DNA from: a virus
Reading direction: 5' to 3' (one strand)
Length of the DNA stretch: 43,649 bases
IMG/VR virus record: IMGVR_UViG_3300011742_000001
Coordinates: 1-43,649 of that record
Part shown: positions 8,401-15,807 of the stretch, one piece after another
Layout of the letters: each line of letters starts with the position of its first letter
Position numbering within the stretch: the first letter of the stretch is position 1
Translations under genes and position numbers: made by a program
The notes under the pieces: generated by a model
Databases searched by the model: none
Told to the model about the DNA's origin: nothing
The model's input: the letters and a program-made list of their open reading frames with translations, nothing else

Positions 8401-8571
8401 ATGAAAACTGCACAAGACATCATCGACCTGATCAAAGAAGCCGGCGCTGAAGATGCGCAGGCAATCCGCGCCACACTGGAAGACGGCGCTTCCCTGCTGG
8501 CCCTCGGCATCACCGACGAAGATCAGGAGGCTGTAGAGCTGGCCCACGACCTTATCAGCCATGAAGCCTGA
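8401..8571 (+). CDS. Candidate anti-CRISPR (or other anti-defence) protein; 56 aa, very acidic, family not recognised
   Basis: MKTAQDIIDLIKEAGAEDAQAIRATLEDGASLLALGITDEDQEAVELAHDLISHEA has 14 D/E against 3 K/R. It has a strong SD, lies immediately upstream of aca1 and overlaps it by 11 nt. Confidence 0.6.
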   Translation: MKTAQDIIDLIKEAGAEDAQAIRATLEDGASLLALGITDEDQEAVELAHDLISHEA

Positions 8572-8770
8572 CGCCTCTCAACACAACCCAGACCCGCGCT
8601 ACCTGCGCGGGTTGCTGGATAGCGCCGGACTGACTCAGCGTCAAGCGGCGCAGTTGATGGGTATCAGTGATCGCGTAATGCGCTACTACCTGAGCGATGA
8701 GGTGAGCGCGACGTTCAGGCCGGCACCCTACCCTGTTCAGTTTGCGCTGGAGTGCCTAGCCCAAACCTGA
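8561..8770 (+). CDS. aca1: Anti-CRISPR-associated HTH repressor, Aca1 family
   Basis: MKPDASQHNPDPRYLRGLLDSAGLTQRQAAQLMGISDRVMRYYLSDEVSATFRPAPYPVQFALECLAQT matches the recalled JBD30 Aca1 (..DPDPRYLRGLL..AG.SQRRAAELLGLSDRVMRYYLS...RPAPYTVQFALECLA..). Confidence 0.8.
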   Translation: MKPDASQHNPDPRYLRGLLDSAGLTQRQAAQLMGISDRVMRYYLSDEVSATFRPAPYPVQFALECLAQT

Positions 8771-9209
8771 TCCGGTACGCCTCACGCTCTGCCGAGGTCA
8801 TGAACTCCCAGGCGAAGTCCTCGCCTTTCGGCCCGCCTTTGCACTGGTTGTACCGATACCAGCCGCCCACGCGCAGCCCGGAGTACATCAGGTTCCGCTT
8901 GATGACTCCAACGCCGAGGATTTCCAGCATCTCGCGGAATAGCTCGTCGGCTTCGGCGCGGCTGACCTGCTGAGAGCAATAAATCCAATCGTGCACGACG
9001 CCAGCGGCGCGGTGATCCAACCCATCAAACAGCGGGTCAACTAGCCAGGGTATCGACGCAAGGTCAGTCACGAACCAGCGCGGCACGGTGAACTCCCGAC
9101 CGTCGCGTGCGTGATACCGGAACGGCTCGAGCAACACCCACTCGCCCGGCTTGTACGCCCGCAGATCCAGCGCGCCGGAGAACCATGGTTTCTCACTCAT
9201 GGCATTCAA
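8715..9209 (-). CDS. DUF1353-family phage protein; last gene of the late operon
   Basis: FTVPRWFVTDLASIPW...HDWIY matches the DUF1353 signature (from memory). Its 3' end overlaps aca1 convergently by 56 nt. The start could be ATG 9209 or 9200. Confidence 0.7.
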   Translation of the reverse strand: MNAMSEKPWFSGALDLRAYKPGEWVLLEPFRYHARDGREFTVPRWFVTDLASIPWLVDPLFDGLDHRAAGVVHDWIYCSQQVSRAEADELFREMLEILGVGVIKRNLMYSGLRVGGWYRYNQCKGGPKGEDFAWEFMTSAEREAYRIRFGLGTPAQTEQGRVPA

Positions 9210-9357
9210 CCCTCACCTTGTGCGGTGCGGTTCGGGTATCCATCACGGCACGGTATACCGCGCGGTCTACGGCTGGCTTGCCGCAGTAGTAGGACGCGAG
9301 CGAGGCTGCGCAGCCTTGTAGGGTGAGCAGCAGGCAGGCGGCAATGATTAGGCGCAT
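9193..9357 (-). CDS. Small lipoprotein (54 aa), a candidate o-spanin-like lysis component; not in the ORF track
   Basis: MRLIIAACLLLTLQGC|AASLASYYCGKPAVDRAVYRAVMDTRTAPHKVRVECHE has a signal peptide plus a lipobox-like LQGC. The ATG lies within the last 10 nt of the endolysin gene. Confidence 0.55.
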   Translation of the reverse strand: MRLIIAACLLLTLQGCAASLASYYCGKPAVDRAVYRAVMDTRTAPHKVRVECHE

Positions 9358-9809
9358 GGTGGTTTCCCTTCGAACAGTGCCCGCTCAGCAGCGCGGCGCT
9401 TAACGAGCCCGGCCAGCTTCTTGCCCGAGGCATAGACCCAGCGGTCGAATTGAGCCGCAGCGCCGGAGTAGTCGCCAGCGTTCAGCAGTCGCAGCAGCGT
9501 CGAATTGCCGAGGTTGGCGGCGCCAAGGTTGTAGGTGAACGAGACCAAGGCGTCGAGCTGGCCCTGCGTCAGCGGAACCTTGACCAGTCGCAGAACCTGA
9601 TCCTCGAACCGCTTCACGTCCTCGCGCAGCAGTTCCTCGGCGCGCTCCTTTGTGATGGTGTCGCCCATCTTCACGCCGGCCGTGGTGCCGTAACCGATGG
9701 TTGGGACCTTCCATCCGTGAGCTGGGTCTGGATAAGCCTTGGCGCTAAATCCTTCGAACCTCTTTATTAAGTCAAGACCTGCGTTACTTGTTTTATGTAT
9801 ATCCTTCAT
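9348..9809 (-). CDS. Endolysin, GH24 (T4/lambda-type) lysozyme
   Basis: GLDLIKRFEGFSAKAYPDP...PTIGYGTT carries the catalytic E/D/T triad context, and ALVSFTYNLGAANL is also present. The first 26 or so codons are visibly AT-rich, unlike the rest of the gene. Confidence 0.93.
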   Translation of the reverse strand: MKDIHKTSNAGLDLIKRFEGFSAKAYPDPAHGWKVPTIGYGTTAGVKMGDTITKERAEELLREDVKRFEDQVLRLVKVPLTQGQLDALVSFTYNLGAANLGNSTLLRLLNAGDYSGAAAQFDRWVYASGKKLAGLVKRRAAERALFEGKPPCA

Positions 9810-10415
9810 GTATTCTTACCACCATTACTGGTCAGTCATAGGAATGAACTGATGGATGTTGAAATCTGGAAACTATGCAAAGACATTGACTACCCGCTTG
9901 AAGTGTCTAACTTCGGCAATGTTCGGTCTCTCGATAGGCTATCCGTAGTGCACGGAAGAATGAAGAACGGCAAGATCCAAGGCGAGTTCGTACAAAAGCG
10001 CCCAGGAAAAACATTGTCTCCGTCCACAACAAAAAGCGGATACCTAGAAGTTGCTTTGATGGTTCAAGGGAAGCGCCGCAAATTCTGCGTCCACAGGCTT
10101 GTCGGTATGGCTTTTGTTGATGGCTACTTTGACGGCGCATCAATAGATCATTTGGATGGGAACAAAAAGAACAACCGCGCAGACAATCTTGAATGGGTAA
10201 CTCTTTCCGAGAACACAAAGAGGCAATGGGCAACTGGTCTAGTTGATCTAAGAGGAGAGCTAGCGCCCGGCGCAAAAATTACTAACGCCCAAGCGCACGC
10301 GATTTTTGTTCTAGTAGAAAACGGGTTTATGGTTTCTCAGATATCTGATTGGTTTGGGGTTTCTACGTCTTGTATTTACAAGATACGTGACGGAAAGCGT
10401 CATATAAAAACATCA
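9732..10415 (+). mobile_element. AT-rich HNH homing-endonuclease cassette that also supplies the present 5' end of the endolysin gene (approximate boundaries)
   Basis: Composition drops abruptly relative to the flanks. It contains the NUMOD4/HNH ORF on the opposite strand and is flanked by two copies of the lysozyme N-terminus, one AT-rich and intact and one GC-rich and truncated. Confidence 0.55.
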
Positions 10416-10430
10416 GCCGGGCATTTATAG
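9852..10430 (+). CDS. HNH homing endonuclease (NUMOD4 N-terminal motif, HNH_3 core, C-terminal HTH)
   Basis: MDVEIWKLCKDIDYPLEVSNFGNVRS (NUMOD4-like), CVHRLVGMAFV...IDHLDGNKKNNRADNLEWVTLSEN (HNH), and ISDWFGVSTSCIYKIRDG (HTH). Opposite strand to all neighbours. Confidence 0.85.
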   Translation: MDVEIWKLCKDIDYPLEVSNFGNVRSLDRLSVVHGRMKNGKIQGEFVQKRPGKTLSPSTTKSGYLEVALMVQGKRRKFCVHRLVGMAFVDGYFDGASIDHLDGNKKNNRADNLEWVTLSENTKRQWATGLVDLRGELAPGAKITNAQAHAIFVLVENGFMVSQISDWFGVSTSCIYKIRDGKRHIKTSAGHL

Positions 10431-10492
10431 GCAGACAGGCGCAGCCCCTCGAAGGACTTGATCAGGTCAAGCCCCTTCTGTGATGTGTGCAT
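10400..10492 (-). pseudogene. Remnant of the original endolysin 5' end (30 codons then stop)
   Basis: A GGAG SD followed by ATG gives MHTSQKGLDLIKSFEGLRLSAYKCPADVFI*. GLDLIKSFEGLRLSAY parallels GLDLIKRFEGFSAKAY of the intact gene but uses GC-rich codons. Confidence 0.7.
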
Positions 10493-10506
10493 ATGAACTC
10501 CAGGCG

Positions 10507-10530
10507 AAAAAAAGCCCCGACTGGCGGGGC
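10507..10530 (-). terminator. Rho-independent terminator after the tailspike gene
   Basis: The minus strand reads GCCCCGccagtCGGGGC followed by TTTTTTT. Confidence 0.75.
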
Positions 10531-10560
10531 TGTAGTACTTACATCCCAAGCGAATTGGCA

Positions 10561-12183
10561 CTAGGCCTGCTCCAGTGCCTCGACGATATTGCGGTAGATC
10601 ATCTGGTGTCCTAGAGCATTTGGGTGCAGTCCGTCAGCTAGAGTGGCTGCCGGGTCTGACCAGTTGAAAATAGCGTAATTGTCGATGAAATCGTAATTCC
10701 GGGCCCGCGCCAGCTTGTTCAGTGCGCCGCGAATATCCTGCATCGTGAAACGCTTGCCAGACTGGTTAGCTGTATCGACATGGTTGGCGCACATTACGAT
10801 TGGCGCGCACAGCGGATCGAGAATATCGAAAATTTCGTCCATCTGTTGCTCGAACGCGTTCAGACCGTTAGGCCAGGTGCTGTCTAGTCGGTCATTTGTG
10901 CCGAGCTGAACAAACGCGTAATTGTCTTTCGGCGTAACGGCGATATCTGGAAGATATGCTGTGGTTAATGCGCGACTTTTGTAGCGTGTCGAGTTACTGC
11001 CGCTGATCCCCTGGTTGGTGATCCGTACAGTTTTTGGGATCTCGATAGCCTCGATGCGCAACCGGCGCACCGATGAATACGCAGCTCCGCTTAGACGGAT
11101 TCGAACGGTTTTGTTCTTGATGAACGGGAAAGTGTGCTGAATCCGGTTTCCGAAAGTTCCGGTTACTATAGTCCCGCCGTTAGGAACGAAGCTGAACAGC
11201 CCTCGACTAACGCCGTCCGTGAATAGCTCGTACTCGCCCGCGTCGCTGTCAATTGCCGAAAAGACAAGGTTGAACGCCTCGCCCGTCATGTTGAAAGCGA
11301 TTTCGCCAGCGTTGGCGCCGGCCGACACGGTCATAGTGGCTTGGTATCCAGTAACAGACTGCGCTGCTGCCGCATCCGCGATGCTCGCGGTTCCTGTCGT
11401 CGTAAACGTGAACGGCGCCCGGTTGGGGTACAGCAACACATTGCGCGTATAGGTCGCAATCGCCTCGCCTGCTGATGAAGCGGCCCAGTTGCTGATGACC
11501 GGGGTTGCGTTCTCAAAGTACTGCCGGCCCAGGTAGCGTTTAAATTCATTCACGAACGTAGCTGTCGCGAAATAATCACGGCGAGTCGCAAGTGTGGTCA
11601 GATCGGAGCCAGGGGAAATATTGCCCGGAACAGTCGCCCCCCAGGTGATCGAATCCCCAAGGAATGCAATTCCGGTAAACTGTTCGAACGGGTTGCCTAG
11701 TGATGCTTTGAGCGCCGCCAGCTGGCCACCGTAGTGATTGAACCGGCCGAAAGGAATCACGGCGCCGGAATTAAGGCTAGTGCGTAGAGACTGATCCCCA
11801 ACGTCTACAAGTTTGGCCGCGTCATTACTCCACGTGCCGGTCAAACTGACCGGGAATGTTGCAGGCATAGCGACCCGATATACAGAGCCGTTGTAGTCGA
11901 TAAGCTGAGTCGGGCGCAGAACGCTAAACGCCTGACCGGGGACGTAGGCTAGGTGCACCGGCTCAAATCCTGAGGCGGAAAGCCACTGATTGAACGCCAG
12001 TTCGCGCGCCGCTTTTTGGAGCTGATCTTCCGCCTCCATTCCTGCAAGGCTTTTGCGCGGCACACCAAGCCGGTCCAGGTAGGAAGGCTCAGGCCCCACG
12101 CTCAGCTTGTCGAAATTCTGCGCGTTGTCGTACAGATCCCGCGCGTCGGTCGAGCCAACAGGGTTTCCGGTGTTGAAAGTCAT
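10561..12183 (-). CDS. Tail fibre/tailspike with a C-terminal SGNH (GDSL) esterase domain (540 aa)
   Basis: The N-terminus MTFNTGNPVGSTDARDLYDNAQNFDKL is typical of phage tail fibres. SGNH blocks are FLGDSITWG (I), NQGISGSNS (II), QLGTNDR (III) and DGLHPN (V). ATG 12183 has a GGAG SD. Confidence 0.8.
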   Translation of the reverse strand: MTFNTGNPVGSTDARDLYDNAQNFDKLSVGPEPSYLDRLGVPRKSLAGMEAEDQLQKAARELAFNQWLSASGFEPVHLAYVPGQAFSVLRPTQLIDYNGSVYRVAMPATFPVSLTGTWSNDAAKLVDVGDQSLRTSLNSGAVIPFGRFNHYGGQLAALKASLGNPFEQFTGIAFLGDSITWGATVPGNISPGSDLTTLATRRDYFATATFVNEFKRYLGRQYFENATPVISNWAASSAGEAIATYTRNVLLYPNRAPFTFTTTGTASIADAAAAQSVTGYQATMTVSAGANAGEIAFNMTGEAFNLVFSAIDSDAGEYELFTDGVSRGLFSFVPNGGTIVTGTFGNRIQHTFPFIKNKTVRIRLSGAAYSSVRRLRIEAIEIPKTVRITNQGISGSNSTRYKSRALTTAYLPDIAVTPKDNYAFVQLGTNDRLDSTWPNGLNAFEQQMDEIFDILDPLCAPIVMCANHVDTANQSGKRFTMQDIRGALNKLARARNYDFIDNYAIFNWSDPAATLADGLHPNALGHQMIYRNIVEALEQA

Positions 12184-12255
12184 GCGTTTACTCCAGGCGT
12201 GCAAATCCGCACGGCGTCCTTGCGGGCCGTGTCCGGTATGTGTGTTGGCTAGTTG

Positions 12256-14937
12256 TTAGGCGGGTGGCGTTGCGTCGTCGTAGGCGTAGACTTCGGGCGC
12301 GTAGTTGACCGCCTCAACAGAGGCGCCGTCAGTGCCGCTCGGGCTGATCGACGTGATCAGCGCCGGATAGCTCCAGCGGTTGACCGGCCCGAACAGCAAG
12401 TGCGGCGGCTCGATGCTCCAGCTTGTGTCGGGCTCGAAGTCCAGGCCAGTGATCGACAGTCGATAGTCGTCGATTCGGGTCGCTGCGTAGGGTCCGGATA
12501 GCGTGCCGTCGGGCCTTCGAATGCCAACAACATGCGCTCCACCTGCTGACCAGTCGAACGGCTCGGATGACTCAATGATGCCGCTGTCGTAGCTCAGCAT
12601 CAGCGCGCTCTGGCCGTAGCCGGGCACGTCGTCCTGCAGCGGAACGTAGCTGAGATAGCGCGAGTTCAGTGCGTCCAGTTCAGTGCCGAAGTTGTACGAC
12701 CAGCGCCGATACTTCTGTTCCATTCGACGCCGCATCCCGATGCGCCAGGCTTGCGTCCGGCCTGTCACGCCATCAAGTTTCATCTTCTCGACACGAATAC
12801 CGGCATCGCCTGGCAAGCGGCACTCTACGGTTTCCTTCTGCCAGGTCTTGCCGTCTGTGTATTCAACGTCGACGCCATCAAAGTCGTCAGGCTTGAGCGC
12901 CGAGAATTGCCGCGTAAGCGCCTTGGTCATGTTCTGCGGCGTGTACGGGTGTTCCATGACCGTGCGCGGCTCGTCTCGGACAGGGCGGATCAGCCCGCGA
13001 TCTATTGTGAACTCTGCGAAACCTGCCTGCAGCGCCTCAAGCAGAGACTGTTTTACAGTGCTCGCCGAGTCGATCACAGCGTCGTAGCGATCGCCGCGTG
13101 CCGCCCATATAGCGTGCAAGCGGTCCAGCTCGGCCATGTCCAAATCGTCATCGGTGTAACCAATCGAGTGCGCGACGTGGATGATCCACGGCACGATGTC
13201 GCGAGTAGGCGTCTCCACATCCCAAGCGCCTCCGTTTCTTACCGGAAGAACACGGGTAGCCTCGACCGAAACAAGCGCCTCAGATTGCGAGGCAAGCCGA
13301 TCACCCCCGCGCAGACGTACAGCCATTACCGTAACGCCTTCATAGCTGCTCGGAGCCTGCAGCTTTGCCCGCAGACCGTACCATTGCACGCTGTCCTGAA
13401 TGTTGGTGTTGGTCGACTTGGCGCCGATTCTCCGCATCCTGACCTCGGGGCGGATCATGGCTGGCAACCCTTCCTGGAACGTGAAGCCGACCTGATCAAG
13501 GGTCTTCTGCGTGATGGTCTTGCTTACCGACGTCCAAGCGCCCGCAGCGTCAAAATCTCGATACTGGATCTCGACCGTTACAGAACGAGATATCAGCTGG
13601 CCCTTACTGCCGATATGGATCAAGCCGCCCGGGAACATCACGTCCCACTCGATGAGGTTCGTAGCTTCGCCAGATGGGCACGCGCAGAACGGGCCAGCCC
13701 AATCACCTTGCTGGGTTGATGCATCAAGCGAAATCGACACTGCCGAGCTTTGTAGTTCCGCGAAGCCAGCCCACGACGTATCCGAAGCCCCAGTGTCGGT
13801 CAGTCGCTCTACAGCGATTGAGTACAACCCAGCCGCCGTAATCCGGTAGCGCAGCCCCGCATAACCAATGCCCATTGATACTGAGCCGATTTTTAGACCG
13901 GTTACAGCGCCGCCGCCTACGTAGCTCAGCGTGATCTGGCCCGTTGTGCTTGGCGCCACTGGCGGGGTGTAGGTCTCGATCTGATACAGCCCAGCATTGT
14001 CACCGGTTATCTCGATCTTCATCCCAACAAACGGGTCGAGCTGGCTGAAGTCGGCCTCGATTATGTCGCGGCCTGCCCCGCCATCTATTACTGTGTAGGG
14101 GTAACTTGATTCGACCCTTACGATCATGCCGGCAGCCCAGCCGTCGGGGAACTGACCGGCGCCAGTCGGAATTGCAATTGTGGTGCCGCTCAGCTGGTAC
14201 GAGTTTGCATCAGGAACAGGGTCGACCTCATAGGTAGCCTTAAGCTCAAGGCCTGCAGTCCCGGTAGAGGTCGATCCAACCTCTGACGCGCTATGCCACC
14301 AAATCGACGCACTGTCGCCGGAGACGTTTGCGCCAGGCTGGAAGACTTGGTATTGAGCATCCGCGCCGAGCGAAATGATCGGCGTGTTACCGACCAGAAT
14401 CTTGCTGGCCGGAATGTCGTACTTTCCTTTCCCTACGCAAAGCAGCATCTCGATCCACTGCTCTCGCGGCCCTCCGAAATACCTATGAGCGGGGAGCAGG
14501 TAGTCGGGATATCTTTTGAACCGGCCGGCAATTTCTGGGATTACGGCGTTAAGCGATACTTGGTTGCCTTTTGCCGTAACCAGCGAAAGGTCTTTGCCTT
14601 GCGGTCGCGCCTTGGGGGTGGTCGGGGCGACTTGAGCAAACGGGTTTCCGAGCCCGAACAACTTGGCCAGAGGGCCAGGACGAAATATCGTTTCGAGTGT
14701 GCTGCCCTTAGGCTCGGCGCAAATCGACACGAGGTCAGACGGCGAGAACTGAACTTCATCCCACACGGTGGGATCAACCACCTGACCATTGATCATTACG
14801 CTAATCGGTGCCTTTTCTCGGGCCTCGAAACTTGGCACATTGGCGCGCAGCCAAGCGGCCACACTCATGCGAACGCTGGTTTCGTGGCGCTCAGCCGGCT
14901 CTGCCGCAAACTTGCTCGCGTAAATCTCGATCGGCAT
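12256..14937 (-). CDS. Tail tip / host-specificity protein (lambda J-like) with a gpI-like N-terminal segment
   Basis: 893 aa, positioned after the M/L/K-like genes. The N-terminal 80 aa or so (..VMINGQVVDPTVWDEVQFSPSDLVSICAEPKG) resemble the ubiquitin-like tail assembly protein I. Confidence 0.75.
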   Translation of the reverse strand: MPIEIYASKFAAEPAERHETSVRMSVAAWLRANVPSFEAREKAPISVMINGQVVDPTVWDEVQFSPSDLVSICAEPKGSTLETIFRPGPLAKLFGLGNPFAQVAPTTPKARPQGKDLSLVTAKGNQVSLNAVIPEIAGRFKRYPDYLLPAHRYFGGPREQWIEMLLCVGKGKYDIPASKILVGNTPIISLGADAQYQVFQPGANVSGDSASIWWHSASEVGSTSTGTAGLELKATYEVDPVPDANSYQLSGTTIAIPTGAGQFPDGWAAGMIVRVESSYPYTVIDGGAGRDIIEADFSQLDPFVGMKIEITGDNAGLYQIETYTPPVAPSTTGQITLSYVGGGAVTGLKIGSVSMGIGYAGLRYRITAAGLYSIAVERLTDTGASDTSWAGFAELQSSAVSISLDASTQQGDWAGPFCACPSGEATNLIEWDVMFPGGLIHIGSKGQLISRSVTVEIQYRDFDAAGAWTSVSKTITQKTLDQVGFTFQEGLPAMIRPEVRMRRIGAKSTNTNIQDSVQWYGLRAKLQAPSSYEGVTVMAVRLRGGDRLASQSEALVSVEATRVLPVRNGGAWDVETPTRDIVPWIIHVAHSIGYTDDDLDMAELDRLHAIWAARGDRYDAVIDSASTVKQSLLEALQAGFAEFTIDRGLIRPVRDEPRTVMEHPYTPQNMTKALTRQFSALKPDDFDGVDVEYTDGKTWQKETVECRLPGDAGIRVEKMKLDGVTGRTQAWRIGMRRRMEQKYRRWSYNFGTELDALNSRYLSYVPLQDDVPGYGQSALMLSYDSGIIESSEPFDWSAGGAHVVGIRRPDGTLSGPYAATRIDDYRLSITGLDFEPDTSWSIEPPHLLFGPVNRWSYPALITSISPSGTDGASVEAVNYAPEVYAYDDATPPA

Positions 14938-15325
14938 GGTATTTCACTCGGTAGTAGGTGCGTTCGAAGTCGGCTATGCGGAGCCAGCGAAAGCCGGACT
15001 TTGGGTTGATCTCTGCTACGGCCAGCATCCCGTCCAGTTCGAGGACGACGCCCACGTGCGTGCACAGATCGCCACTCATAACGGCAGCCAGTGCGCCTGG
15101 TATTGGCGGCCCTTCCGGCAGAAGATCGGCATAGACCCGGTAGGACTTGGCGGACTCGCGCAGCCGGTGACGACTGATCACGCCGGCATCGGGCAGTGGT
15201 GGCAGGCCAAGCAGCTCCTGTCGCACAGCGCATGAGAGCCCCCAGCAGTCGAATTCCCGAACTCCGCCCACGACCTCGCCTCGCCCGCCGTCCACGTAAC
15301 GGGCGAATAGGTATTGCTCGAGCAT
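14891..15325 (-). CDS. Tail tip assembly protein, NlpC/P60 (lambda K-like)
   Basis: FDCWGLSCAV (Cys nucleophile) and CTHVGVVLE (His). ATG 15325 shares its A with the upstream TGA. The 3' end overlaps the J-like start by 47 nt. Confidence 0.8.
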   Translation of the reverse strand: MLEQYLFARYVDGGRGEVVGGVREFDCWGLSCAVRQELLGLPPLPDAGVISRHRLRESAKSYRVYADLLPEGPPIPGALAAVMSGDLCTHVGVVLELDGMLAVAEINPKSGFRWLRIADFERTYYRVKYHADRDLREQVCGRAG

Positions 15326-15807
15326 CAGAGGTATCTCAGGCCAGGGGAGAACGTCGTGGAGTAAACGTCGCGCGGCCACTGCCGGTTGATCAGGTCGAAG
15401 AACCCAGCCTGCAGCTGGACCGTCGAGCCATTCATTTCGCCGCCAAGGATGGTCATGCGATACGGGCGCTCGGCCGGCTCAGTCAGATTGCTGGCGAGAA
15501 ACTTCCGGTAGATGAGGGTAATTCGCTCCTCTGCCTCTAGCGCCGCGTCGACCTTCTGCTGTGCCGTGCCCATGACGCCATCGACGGCGAAGTCCAGCGT
15601 CTGGCTGCCGCGATTGCTACGCTCTGGCTCGGCGAGCTGGAATGCTGCCGCCTCAAAGGTCAGCGCACGCCCGTTCTCGTCGATCACTGACTGATTCTCG
15701 AACCCCCCGCACAGCAGGATCGGCTCAGCCCAAGCAGCGCACGTGATCTCCAGGGTGTGAATGATAACGTCGCCGCCCGAGGCATAGACTTGCTCGAGGA
15801 TGGTCAT
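15325..15807 (-). CDS. Minor tail protein (lambda L position; DUF1833-like from memory)
   Basis: ATGA coupling at 15804-15807. MTILEQVYASGGDVIIHTLEI is typical of this family. Placed by gene order. Confidence 0.65.
   Translation of the reverse strand: MTILEQVYASGGDVIIHTLEITCAAWAEPILLCGGFENQSVIDENGRALTFEAAAFQLAEPERSNRGSQTLDFAVDGVMGTAQQKVDAALEAEERITLIYRKFLASNLTEPAERPYRMTILGGEMNGSTVQLQAGFFDLINRQWPRDVYSTTFSPGLRYL

Noticed and set aside
9206..9433. A 75-aa minus-strand ORF from the track in the post-endolysin region
   Set aside because: Its translation is Arg/Pro-rich and it overlaps the endolysin. A different frame gives the lipoprotein ORF 9193..9357, which has a proper signal peptide.
12683..15009. 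Several plus-strand ORFs of 130-320 aa (12683.., 12751.., 13511.., 14293..)
   Set aside because: All are antisense to the J-like gene and have Arg-rich, low-complexity translations.
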